Virus record (IMG/VR): IMGVR_UViG_3300033182_000816
Coordinates: 1 to 63,890 of that record
Source of the DNA: a virus
Taxonomy: Duplodnaviria; Caudoviricetes
Strand: one strand, 5' to 3'
Length of the DNA: 63,890 nucleotides
The notes beneath the pieces were generated by a model that saw only the letters and a list, made by a program, of their open reading frames with translations, did no database searches and had not been told where the DNA came from. Below, one piece after another: positions 28,437 to 37,736 of the stretch. Position 1 is the first letter of the stretch, and every line of letters starts with the position of its first letter. Both the position numbers and the translations under genes were made by a program.

Positions 28437-28488
28437 CCTTCGGCTATGTAGACAAAGAAGTCTACTACACGATCAAAGAACCTTTTCA

Positions 28489-28734
28489 TCAGTCTGCTTT
28501 CTTTGGCTTAGGACCACGCTTTTTAGCAGGTGCTTTCTTAGTTGTGGTCTTCTTTTTGGCAGGGGCTTTCTTAGTTGTGGTCTTCTTTTTGGCAGGGGCT
28601 TTTTTCTTAGCAGCAGGCTTTGCTTCTGCTTTATTAGCAGGGATTTCAATTGGACCGTCGTCGGTACCTACTACCTGCGGCGCAGTCGAATCCTCGCCTC
28701 CAAAACCAAAAAGTGATTTGATAAATTTAATCAT
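28489..28734 (-). CDS. Small Lys/Ala/Pro-rich histone-like protein
   Basis: SD AGGAG upstream; amphipathic N-terminus then KAPAKKKTTTK repeats. Confidence 0.7.
   Translation of the reverse strand: MIKFIKSLFGFGGEDSTAPQVVGTDDGPIEIPANKAEAKPAAKKKAPAKKKTTTKKAPAKKKTTTKKAPAKKRGPKPKKAD
28532..28602. repeat. 33-bp direct tandem repeat (2 copies plus partial), coding
   Basis: GCTTTCTTAGTTGTGGTCTTCTTTTTGGCAGGG x2; encodes an 11-aa Lys-rich unit on the minus strand. Confidence 0.9.
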
Positions 28735-28758
28735 TTTTTATTTTCTCCTATTTAGGGA

Positions 28759-28775
28759 TACTTATTTACTAAATA
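28759..28775. promoter_or_regulatory. Back-to-back late promoters (TATTTACTAAATA)
   Basis: rc TAAATA 28763-28768 and TAAATA 28770-28775 between divergent genes. Confidence 0.55.
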
Positions 28776-28796
28776 TTTGCACAAAGGAGAACAGAT

Positions 28797-28961
28797 ATGA
28801 TTCAAAAGTGGATTAATGCTCGCATTAAAGAGCGTACAACATTAGACGGTGCTATTCTAATTGGCGCTGGTATTGCATTTCTAATTTTCAAACCAATCGC
28901 AAGTTTAGTTGCGTATGTTGCAATTGGATACGGTGCTTGGACACTTTGGAAATCAGAGTAA
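28797..28961 (+). CDS. Small two-TM membrane protein (54 aa, not in ORF track)
   Basis: SD AAGGAG; MIQKWINARIKERTTLDGAILIGAGIAFLIFKPIASLVAYVAIGYGAWTLWKSE. Confidence 0.7.
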   Translation: MIQKWINARIKERTTLDGAILIGAGIAFLIFKPIASLVAYVAIGYGAWTLWKSE

Positions 28962-29043
28962 TGTGGGGGCTGGTTTGTATCAATCCTTGGTACAAAACGT
29001 ATTATAATAGAGTAACGGGTGAACTGAGACACGATCGTTATCG

Positions 29044-29331
29044 TTAAAACTTGCTAACAGGCAAGTCCATACTCGCTGGCATATCCCAAATCTTTTTCTG
29101 CTCAACGCCTTTGCGTTGGGCAAATCTTTTAGCATCGCAGTTAGAACACACATGAAAGTAGTTGTTGCTTAGGCGCTTTCTTTGCATCTTTTTTAGGTCA
29201 CGCCGAAACTCTGTATCGCAATTATCACACTGAAATACAGCAACTGTCTTAGACCTTTCATACTCGTGAACCTTGCCTAACTTGCTTTTACGAGTATATT
29301 TTGTCTTTTGTTCTTCTGTTTTTATGAACAT
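29044..29331 (-). CDS. Basic zinc-ribbon protein
   Basis: CDNC...CSNC; late box 5 nt upstream. Confidence 0.65.
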   Translation of the reverse strand: MFIKTEEQKTKYTRKSKLGKVHEYERSKTVAVFQCDNCDTEFRRDLKKMQRKRLSNNYFHVCSNCDAKRFAQRKGVEQKKIWDMPASMDLPVSKF

Positions 29332-29423
29332 ATATGTATTTACATTAGGCTTTTAAAACTTACTGATAAATAAGAATAGCAACAATCTACACGTGAAAAC
29401 GTTCAGTAACCTTAGGGAAGAAT

Positions 29424-32400
29424 ATGGCCAGAAAAATCGTTGATATTGGTACATTAGGAAATGATGGTACCGGTGATAGTATACGTGATTCGTTTCGCAA
29501 AGTAAACGATAACTTTAGAGAATTATATAGTTCGTTAGGTTTAGGAGAGCGTTTAACGTTCATCACTCTTGACGATACTCCAGATACCTATATTGGTAAC
29601 GAGAACGCTGTTCTTGCAGTTAACCAAACTACAGATGGTTTAAAGTTTAAACAAATTACTGCTGGTACAGGTGTTTTCATTGATAACACTACCAACCAGA
29701 ATGAAATCATTATTTCTACAGAGTTCTCTGAGATTTCAGGAGACCCTGCTCCGCAGTTAGGTGGCGATTTATCTGCACGTTCAGGTGGTAATCAATACAG
29801 AATTAAAGATCTTGTTATTCCTGTTTCCAACGACGAAGCAGCAAATAAAGAGTATGTAGACACAAAGATCTCAAAAGCAGGTACTACAGCGGTAAACCCA
29901 GAAACAGGATTGTCAGATGCATCTTATGGTACTATGACAGGTCCGCTTATTCTTGCAAGAGATCCGGAGCCAGACGATGACGACGTTTATGGCGGTTTGA
30001 TTGCTGCTACAAAACACTACGTTGATAGTTCAGCATTTGGATCTCACGTTAACCTTTATGTTGCTACATCAGGACAAGACGAACGTCCGGGTGTTAAACC
30101 AGATCTACAAGGTCGTGCATTAGCATATGCTTATCGTACATTAGAAGCAGCACTAAAACGTGCAGAAGAATTAATGCTTCAATCACGTAACGATATTGGT
30201 CCATATAGAAAACTTTTAACGTTTAATGACGGTGCTGGCATTTGTATTCTAAACAATTTTGACTCATCGCCATTGTCGGGTGACGGCTTCCAAGGTTACG
30301 CAACTATGAGTGTTGACACCATTTCAATTAAGTCACCAGGTGTTAACTATAACATTGGTGATGTTATTGAATTACAGGGCGGAACAGGCACTCCGGCAAA
30401 GTACGAAGTACTTTCTACTGCTTCTACTCCTGGTGCTGTTGTTACTTTTAGACAGTTATCATCAGGTGTTTATACAGATTTACCAGGTTCAAATAATGTA
30501 ACTACATCTTCAAATTCTGAATTTGGTTATGGATTAGAATTTGATGTAACGTATAAGGTTAATAATGTTACAGTTACAAACGGCGGTAGTGGTTACTCAC
30601 TTGTTTCTGTGCGTATTATTGGCGGCGGTTCATTAGATCCTGCATTTGGTACAGCATTCATCGAAAACGGTGAAATTACATCTATTACAGTTACAGATAC
30701 AGGAAGCGGCTTTACAAGTGTTCCAACCGTTGAAGCAGACTTGCCTCGCTTCTTAATTAAAACAGAAAACTATAGAACAGATTATACAGGTGATGTAGAA
30801 ACAGACACACCTGTGGCATACAGAGGACGTGATATCCGAGAAGGATTATACCTACAAGGTGTTGAGTCAGGTGCACTGGCACAGATTTTAGCACACTCTG
30901 GCGAACTTGATTCAGAAGGTAACGAGATCTTTGACGTAGACATTCAATATGGCCAGTTCCACGTTGGCGAACCTATTGCATACGGTGACGTTGCTAAGAT
31001 TGACCAGGTTACAGTATTAGTTGAAAGCGGCGAATATCACGAAAACTATCCGTTAAAAGTTCCTCAAAACGTTTCTATTGTTGGTAACGAGTTTAGACGT
31101 GTAATTATTAAACCAAAACAAGGAACTTCGAGTTCACCGTGGGCATTCCAAAAGTTCAGACGCGATCAAGTTATTGATGGAATGACTCTTAATAACGACG
31201 AGTATGGATATCATTACTTACAAGATGCGAGTGCTCCAGTATATCCAAAAGTTAGTAACCCTGGCTTTTACAATGCAGCAGCATCATTGATTCAATTAAA
31301 CAAAGAATTTATTCAGAATGAAGTTGTTGGCTGGATTAATAATCAAATCTTAGTAGAGAACGCACCGTTTACAGCAGACTTTGAATATAATCAATCACTA
31401 TGTAAAAGAGATGCAGGTTTAATTATCGATTCTATGATCTTCGACTTACGTTATGGAAGTTACAATAGAACAATTTCAGCATCGTTAAAGTACTTTGAAA
31501 GCGCAAGTAGTAGAATTGCTATTACAGATCAACTTTCGCAAACTACTGCTTCTATTCAGTATTTGTCTAACTTAGTAAAACAAGTTATTTCTAATACTGA
31601 AATTACAACAACATATCAAACTACGTATCCGCAAATCATTGACGGGGCATTTATTACAGAAGCAAATGCAAGTACAGTTGTTGACGACTTAACATTAACA
31701 ATTATTGATATTATTAGTGCGTCGGGCGGTGTTAACTATCCTAAAGAAAACGAAGAAATGGACGTTTTCTTATGTAATGACTCAATTCGTTTACAGGCTA
31801 TTTCGTGTATCGGTCACGGCGGCTTTATGATGGTACTTGACCCCGAAGGTCAAATTCTTTCAAGATCGCCATACGCTCAAGAGTGTGCCTCGTTCTCACG
31901 TAGTAAAGATAGACAAGTATTCGCAGGCGGTATGTTTGTTGATGGTTTTGCTGGTAACTTAGAATTTAAAATTACTGGCAAGGATAGCAACACAAGAATT
32001 AGAGTTTCAGGTCTCGACAGAAAGCCGCAACTACCATGCTCCTTTATATTTGAAGGTATTGTATATCGCGTTAACTATATTCGCGATTATGTTTATAACG
32101 TTGAAGGTTTTTATTACAACCAAGATAAGTGTTCGAGAGACGTAGGCTTAATTGTCAATGCCGTTTTGGACGATTTAGTATTTGGAACTAACTATAGATC
32201 AGTTACAGCAGGTCTTGCATACTTAAGAAGTTATTCTTCAAAGGTTACAGACGAACAAAAATCACAGACAATATCCGGTTTAAACAAAGCACGTGATCTT
32301 GTACTAAACTATCTCATTGATAACACTGCTAAAACTGCAATTACAAACAGCATGGCTATTGTCAATGACATTATTGATAACGTATCGCCTGCCGCTGCTC

Positions 32401-35400
32401 CATCATTGACATGGACAAATCCTGTGGGAGTTGCCGCTGGGGTTATTAATTCAGCAGCAGAAATGGAAGCAAACCGTGCATTCCTTGTAGAAGAAGTTAT
32501 TTCGTATATTGACGAAAACCTACTTCCTGCAACTATTGTAGGATACGACGAAGCAACTTGCGCTCGTGACGTAGGTTACCTAATTGATGCGATGATATTT
32601 GATACCTACTACGGTGGTAACTCTGCTACAATAACAGCAGCACGTGCCTATGCAGACGGTAATACAATTATTCTTGGAGTTGAAGAAAGAACTCCTACTG
32701 TACAAGCATTACAACGATTAAAGAGTGTAATTGGGTTTATCATCGCAGGTGACTTAGGTTGGAGTAAATCAATCAATAACGGCTTAACCCAAAGTACTGT
32801 TGCCGGTGTTGGTACTGAAAGTACTGCGGTAGAGAACTTAATTCAAATTGCTATTGATGTTATAGATGTAGGTACGAGCAGCATTCCATCGACTACTAAC
32901 CCGACACTATCAAGAGGTGCTGATTACGTAACGCACACATCTTCAAGAACACTGGCGCTCAATAACTTAGAAACTGTACAAGAAAATGTTATTGCATTCT
33001 TAAATAGAACATACGCAGACAATACAGGTTCAAGTGCTACGTTTATTTTAGACGAAACCACACCGTGGCCGTTCCCAGTATTCAGTTACAACGAGGCAGT
33101 GTGTCATCGAGACGTAGGTTTAATTATTGACGGTCTTGGATACGATCTTGTTTTTGGCACAAACTATCATGCAAGACGTTCAGGACTATCTTATCGACAA
33201 GGCAATACACACGTTGTTATCGACGACCAATTATCAATAACAAGACGTGCTATTAGATACGCACACGATGTGGCGGCAGGTTATGTTGATTCTCAGTTTT
33301 CTGATATCATTGACGAAACATCAGATTCAATTGTTACCACAGTTACACGCGGTGAATTATATGCTCCTATTGTTAGTATTCCGTCTCCAGCAGGATTAGA
33401 TATTGACGTTTCAAATGCTAAAGATATCCTGTTAGCAAACTTAGAATTTATTAGAGACGAAACTGTAGGTTGGATTAACAATCAAATTGCTACAAACGGA
33501 GCACCGTTTACTAATGCATTTGAATATGACGATACCAAGTGTTCAAGAGATACCGGTTATATTATTGAAGCACTTTGTTATGACTTAGCATATGGCGGTG
33601 ATTCACAATTAATGGCAATGGCCCAGAAATACATTGACGGAGTAGGCGATGCTATTGTTGATAATATTGCAGGTCAACACGACGAAACACTTGCTGCAAT
33701 AGATTATGTTAAGTATCTTGCTAAACAAGTTATTGTTAATGCTCCACCGGCGGCAACATTTACTGGAACTCCACAAGTTACTTCAATGACTGCATCTACT
33801 GCTATAGTACAAGGCTTAGTCGAAGACATGATGGCGGCTATGAAGACCAACTTAGATGGGCTGCTATCAGGAACTGTTACACAAGAAGATCTTTGGGCAT
33901 TAATCACATATCCAGATTTAAATGCGTATGCTTACGATGCAGATGCTGTGACAGCAAGAGGATTGTTACAAGCAAATAGAATTGATATCCAAGATACTGT
34001 TGTTTCGTGGGTTAACGATAATGCAAGTAAGTACGAATTGTTAGCACCTGGTAACAGATCGATGCTGGCAAACGACTTTACACAGATTAACGATATGGGT
34101 TATGGTGTACTTGCTACTAACGGCGGCTTGTCAGAAGTTGTATCTATGTTTACATACTATTGTTACGTATCATATCATTCAATTAACGGTGCGCAAATAC
34201 GTTCAGTAGGCGGTTCATCATCACATGGTGTATACGCATTGATTGCTGAAGGTGCTGACCCATTAGAAGTACCAACACCGACAACATTATATTATGATTT
34301 TGCTCAGCGTGCTGACTGTTACTACCCAACAGCATCTTATGCAAATACTCCAGGTGGCTTGTTCTTGTACGTTTACAACTACGATTACACTCCACTAAAC
34401 AACTCAGAGCTCGAAGTTGACCACGGTAACGTCATTTATAGATACCCAGTTACGTCAGTTTCAACTAATGATCTGCCTGCTGGTGTTGCAAGACTCAACT
34501 TAACATCAGATGACTCAGGTAACTTTGATGGTATCTTTAATCAAATACCACACGATACGGTAATGACATTACGTGCAAGTTCGCAAGTAATGCTTACAGG
34601 ACAACTTGAAGATGTTGCTACAAGACCTTCAACAGGTTTGGTTCTTGCAGAAAAAGACGAAGTATATCGTGTACTACAGTTTGAAGCAGACACAGATTCT
34701 AAAGGACCATATGAAATAGTTGCTTCAATTGCAGACGAAACAATTATTAAAGTTTTAGATACTGTTACTGAGATTGATACTGATGTTATTACATTTGATC
34801 TTAAGCACGGTTTGAGACTTAATGACAAAATTATTCCTCAAACAAGCGGAAACGGCTTGACAGCAGGAACAACTTACTACGTTATTGAAGTTCCTAATTA
34901 TTACAGTATTAAAGTTTCTACAACCAAAGGAGGTACTTCTGTATCGTTAGGTAATGGTACAGGATTGAGCATCAAGTGTGCTATCTCTCATAACTTAAAC
35001 GCAGACTTTACCATTGCATTTAGAACAACTGATACGCTTCCTGCAGGATTGGACGCAGCAAAAACATACTATGTTCTTTCTGTAGGACTAACTGAAACAC
35101 AATTTAAGATTTCAACATCAAGAACAGGAACACCGGTAACAGTTACTGACGCAGGTGTAGGCACTCATACTTATATTATGGAAGGGTTAACTAAAACAAC
35201 CCTGCGTGAAAACTACAACTACGTAGATCTGACTCTTAATACTCCAGGCGAATGGGTAACCACAAATGGTAGAGTTTGTAGCATTAGTATTGCAAGTCCT
35301 GCTATTATTACAGACATTGGACACGGACTGAGTGTAGGTGATGCTATTTCATTCTATGCTACTAACAATCTCCCAACAGGTCTTAGCGAAAGTAGAAACT

Positions 35401-37736
35401 ACTTTGTTAACCAAGTATTAAGTGCAGATACATTTACAGTATCGCAAGGCTATCCAGGTCAGCCAGGAACAGTTGAAGCAGATACCGCTGGAGCACTTTC
35501 AGGCATTTTCTACTATGATTTAATTAAAGGTCGTGCAGGAGATACGCAAGTTCCAGTTGTTCCGGTTGCTCCGTTAGAACGTGTAAGAATGCTTGGAACC
35601 AAATTTATATTCTTAGGTAAAGAATATATTATCCAATCTTACGAAAGTGAAACACAAACAGGTAAACCATACGGTAGAATTACACTTAACAGACCATTAG
35701 AAGATAGTATGCTTGCATATTCTTCTGCATACACCATTAAGTCTGCTGTTCCAGCAAGAAGTTTTGGTGCAGAAGGTACACTAACAATTCGTATTGCATT
35801 GACTCGTGTTACATCACATGACTTGCTTGAAATTGGTACTGGTTCGTATGCAGATACTAACTATCCAAAAGAAATTTATGGTGCTTCTGTTAACGCATTT
35901 AACCCGGACGCAGAAGTTGAAGAACGTGACGTAGGTCGTGTGTTCTATGTAACCACTGACCAATATGGTAACTTTAGCGTTGGTCCTTACTTTAAAGTTG
36001 ACCAGGGTACAGGTTCTGTAACATTTGCTGCATCAATTGCACTTTCAAACTTAGATGGTATCGGCTTTAAACGTGGTGTTCCGATTGCTGAATTCTCAAC
36101 AGACTCAGGTATGACTGACAACGCTGTTGATACTGTTCCAACAGAAAACGCAACAAGACTTTACATCGAAAGACGTTTAGGATTATCGCACACTGGTGAT
36201 GTTATTCCTCCAGAGAGATTGATACCTCCAGATTCAGGCGGCTTTATGTCACTTGATGGCCAATTGGCCATGAAAGGTACAATGGACATGGACGGCAACA
36301 CCATTACAAACGTTGCTGATCCTGTTAATTTAGGTGATGTTGTTAATCTAAGAAGTTTGGTATTTGCTAACTTCCAAGAATATACAATTAATAACTTACA
36401 AGCAAACGACTTGTTAGTATTTACAGGTGCCGGAAACGAAGCAATTAACGCATCTGTTGTTGGAGATATTAGTTTAAACATCGATAGTACCGCTAATACT
36501 ATTGATGCACAAATTAATCCAGATACTATTTTAAACGCAGATGTCCATTTACCAGTTGACAATACAGAGTTTGTAGGTAACGCAATAACGCAGTCTAAGT
36601 TAAATATGAACAAGGCTATAACTGCTGCGGCTGCTCCTACAGGAACTGAACAACAGAAACAAGGAACACTTGGTGTTGCAAGTTTTAATAGCGCAGAATT
36701 TGTTGCAACTGACGGTTGGCTTCAATTAAAAGACAACGGATTTAACATTGGAAAAATCCAACAACAGCCTACTAAAACGGTACTTGCTAACCCAAGTTTA
36801 ACAACAGGTAACGTACAAGCAGTAACTTATGCTTCTGTTATTAATGACGGCGGCGCTGTTAAAAAATCACAATACTCGGGTATAGGTTTCTTACGTAGAA
36901 TTAGCACTATCAGTTATCAAAACGATAGTGACTACGAAGTTGTACAAGCAGGTTCAGGTAGCTCAACAGTTCCAGAAGGCGGAAAACTTGTATTAAGAAA
37001 TTCATTTGGTGACTTTGGTGGTAGAAACGTTGATGTTTCTAAACTTAAAGTTGACACTATTGATGCTGTAGAAACAGGTTTAACATCAACAGGCGGTTAC
37101 CTAAGACTTTACAACTACGGTGGTAACGGTGGTATCTACTTACAAAACGGAACACTTGCTACTGATAAGAGAACGTATTACGATAATGACTTGCATCATT
37201 TCCGTACTGAAAATGGTCTTGCTGATGCTCCTATTAAAGCATCGCAAATTGAAGTAACTTCAATTACAACAGGTGGAAATACTACAGCAGGTACAATCAC
37301 AGGACGCTGGACGCTAACTGGTACTTCGCCAAACGAATCAAGACTACAAGCAACTTACTCCGCTGACTTAGCAGAATACTACGAAGGTGACAAAGAATAC
37401 GATGTAGGTACTGTACTTGTATTTGGCGGTGATAAAGAAGTAACCGTAACACACGAATGCGATGATAGACGTGTAGCAGGTGTTGTTTCTAACACAGCAG
37501 CATTTGCTATGTATGAAGGATGTCCAGGACTTAAGAATCTAATAGCACTACAAGGTCGTGTGCCGTGTAAGGTTGTTGGTAAGATCGAAAAAGGAGATAT
37601 GCTTGTTACATCTGCATACCCAGGAGTGGCTATGGTCAATAACGATCCTAAGCCAGGAACAATTATAGGTAAGGCATTAGAGAATTATGATTCAGAAGAT
37701 GTTGGCACAATTGAAGTAGCGGTAGGGAGAAACTAA
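29424..37736 (+). CDS. Giant virion tail fibre/structural protein (2770 aa)
   Basis: T4 gp9/gp10-like N-terminus (IG...NDGTGD..R..F.K.N.NF.ELY), GSGY beta repeats, five C-x-R-D-x-G helical repeats, HGL..GD repeats, C-terminal ADLAEYY...GRVPCKV.G.I.KGD intramolecular-chaperone/peptidase G2-like domain. Confidence 0.85.
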   Translation: MARKIVDIGTLGNDGTGDSIRDSFRKVNDNFRELYSSLGLGERLTFITLDDTPDTYIGNENAVLAVNQTTDGLKFKQITAGTGVFIDNTTNQNEIIISTEFSEISGDPAPQLGGDLSARSGGNQYRIKDLVIPVSNDEAANKEYVDTKISKAGTTAVNPETGLSDASYGTMTGPLILARDPEPDDDDVYGGLIAATKHYVDSSAFGSHVNLYVATSGQDERPGVKPDLQGRALAYAYRTLEAALKRAEELMLQSRNDIGPYRKLLTFNDGAGICILNNFDSSPLSGDGFQGYATMSVDTISIKSPGVNYNIGDVIELQGGTGTPAKYEVLSTASTPGAVVTFRQLSSGVYTDLPGSNNVTTSSNSEFGYGLEFDVTYKVNNVTVTNGGSGYSLVSVRIIGGGSLDPAFGTAFIENGEITSITVTDTGSGFTSVPTVEADLPRFLIKTENYRTDYTGDVETDTPVAYRGRDIREGLYLQGVESGALAQILAHSGELDSEGNEIFDVDIQYGQFHVGEPIAYGDVAKIDQVTVLVESGEYHENYPLKVPQNVSIVGNEFRRVIIKPKQGTSSSPWAFQKFRRDQVIDGMTLNNDEYGYHYLQDASAPVYPKVSNPGFYNAAASLIQLNKEFIQNEVVGWINNQILVENAPFTADFEYNQSLCKRDAGLIIDSMIFDLRYGSYNRTISASLKYFESASSRIAITDQLSQTTASIQYLSNLVKQVISNTEITTTYQTTYPQIIDGAFITEANASTVVDDLTLTIIDIISASGGVNYPKENEEMDVFLCNDSIRLQAISCIGHGGFMMVLDPEGQILSRSPYAQECASFSRSKDRQVFAGGMFVDGFAGNLEFKITGKDSNTRIRVSGLDRKPQLPCSFIFEGIVYRVNYIRDYVYNVEGFYYNQDKCSRDVGLIVNAVLDDLVFGTNYRSVTAGLAYLRSYSSKVTDEQKSQTISGLNKARDLVLNYLIDNTAKTAITNSMAIVNDIIDNVSPAAAPSLTWTNPVGVAAGVINSAAEMEANRAFLVEEVISYIDENLLPATIVGYDEATCARDVGYLIDAMIFDTYYGGNSATITAARAYADGNTIILGVEERTPTVQALQRLKSVIGFIIAGDLGWSKSINNGLTQSTVAGVGTESTAVENLIQIAIDVIDVGTSSIPSTTNPTLSRGADYVTHTSSRTLALNNLETVQENVIAFLNRTYADNTGSSATFILDETTPWPFPVFSYNEAVCHRDVGLIIDGLGYDLVFGTNYHARRSGLSYRQGNTHVVIDDQLSITRRAIRYAHDVAAGYVDSQFSDIIDETSDSIVTTVTRGELYAPIVSIPSPAGLDIDVSNAKDILLANLEFIRDETVGWINNQIATNGAPFTNAFEYDDTKCSRDTGYIIEALCYDLAYGGDSQLMAMAQKYIDGVGDAIVDNIAGQHDETLAAIDYVKYLAKQVIVNAPPAATFTGTPQVTSMTASTAIVQGLVEDMMAAMKTNLDGLLSGTVTQEDLWALITYPDLNAYAYDADAVTARGLLQANRIDIQDTVVSWVNDNASKYELLAPGNRSMLANDFTQINDMGYGVLATNGGLSEVVSMFTYYCYVSYHSINGAQIRSVGGSSSHGVYALIAEGADPLEVPTPTTLYYDFAQRADCYYPTASYANTPGGLFLYVYNYDYTPLNNSELEVDHGNVIYRYPVTSVSTNDLPAGVARLNLTSDDSGNFDGIFNQIPHDTVMTLRASSQVMLTGQLEDVATRPSTGLVLAEKDEVYRVLQFEADTDSKGPYEIVASIADETIIKVLDTVTEIDTDVITFDLKHGLRLNDKIIPQTSGNGLTAGTTYYVIEVPNYYSIKVSTTKGGTSVSLGNGTGLSIKCAISHNLNADFTIAFRTTDTLPAGLDAAKTYYVLSVGLTETQFKISTSRTGTPVTVTDAGVGTHTYIMEGLTKTTLRENYNYVDLTLNTPGEWVTTNGRVCSISIASPAIITDIGHGLSVGDAISFYATNNLPTGLSESRNYFVNQVLSADTFTVSQGYPGQPGTVEADTAGALSGIFYYDLIKGRAGDTQVPVVPVAPLERVRMLGTKFIFLGKEYIIQSYESETQTGKPYGRITLNRPLEDSMLAYSSAYTIKSAVPARSFGAEGTLTIRIALTRVTSHDLLEIGTGSYADTNYPKEIYGASVNAFNPDAEVEERDVGRVFYVTTDQYGNFSVGPYFKVDQGTGSVTFAASIALSNLDGIGFKRGVPIAEFSTDSGMTDNAVDTVPTENATRLYIERRLGLSHTGDVIPPERLIPPDSGGFMSLDGQLAMKGTMDMDGNTITNVADPVNLGDVVNLRSLVFANFQEYTINNLQANDLLVFTGAGNEAINASVVGDISLNIDSTANTIDAQINPDTILNADVHLPVDNTEFVGNAITQSKLNMNKAITAAAAPTGTEQQKQGTLGVASFNSAEFVATDGWLQLKDNGFNIGKIQQQPTKTVLANPSLTTGNVQAVTYASVINDGGAVKKSQYSGIGFLRRISTISYQNDSDYEVVQAGSGSSTVPEGGKLVLRNSFGDFGGRNVDVSKLKVDTIDAVETGLTSTGGYLRLYNYGGNGGIYLQNGTLATDKRTYYDNDLHHFRTENGLADAPIKASQIEVTSITTGGNTTAGTITGRWTLTGTSPNESRLQATYSADLAEYYEGDKEYDVGTVLVFGGDKEVTVTHECDDRRVAGVVSNTAAFAMYEGCPGLKNLIALQGRVPCKVVGKIEKGDMLVTSAYPGVAMVNNDPKPGTIIGKALENYDSEDVGTIEVAVGRN

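Noticed and set aside
28532-28602. 33-bp repeat as a possible CRISPR array
   Set aside because: Copies are contiguous with no spacers, in frame and coding.
28433-28816. 127-aa plus-strand ORF with hydrophobic FFLAGAFLVVV repeats
   Set aside because: Antisense shadow of the Lys-rich gene 28489..28734, which has the SD and late promoter.
36161-36613. 150-aa minus-strand ORF and similar antisense ORFs (16603..17052, 21280..21702, 54804..55211, 57605..57940)
   Set aside because: Fully nested opposite well-supported genes, with no motifs or expression signals.
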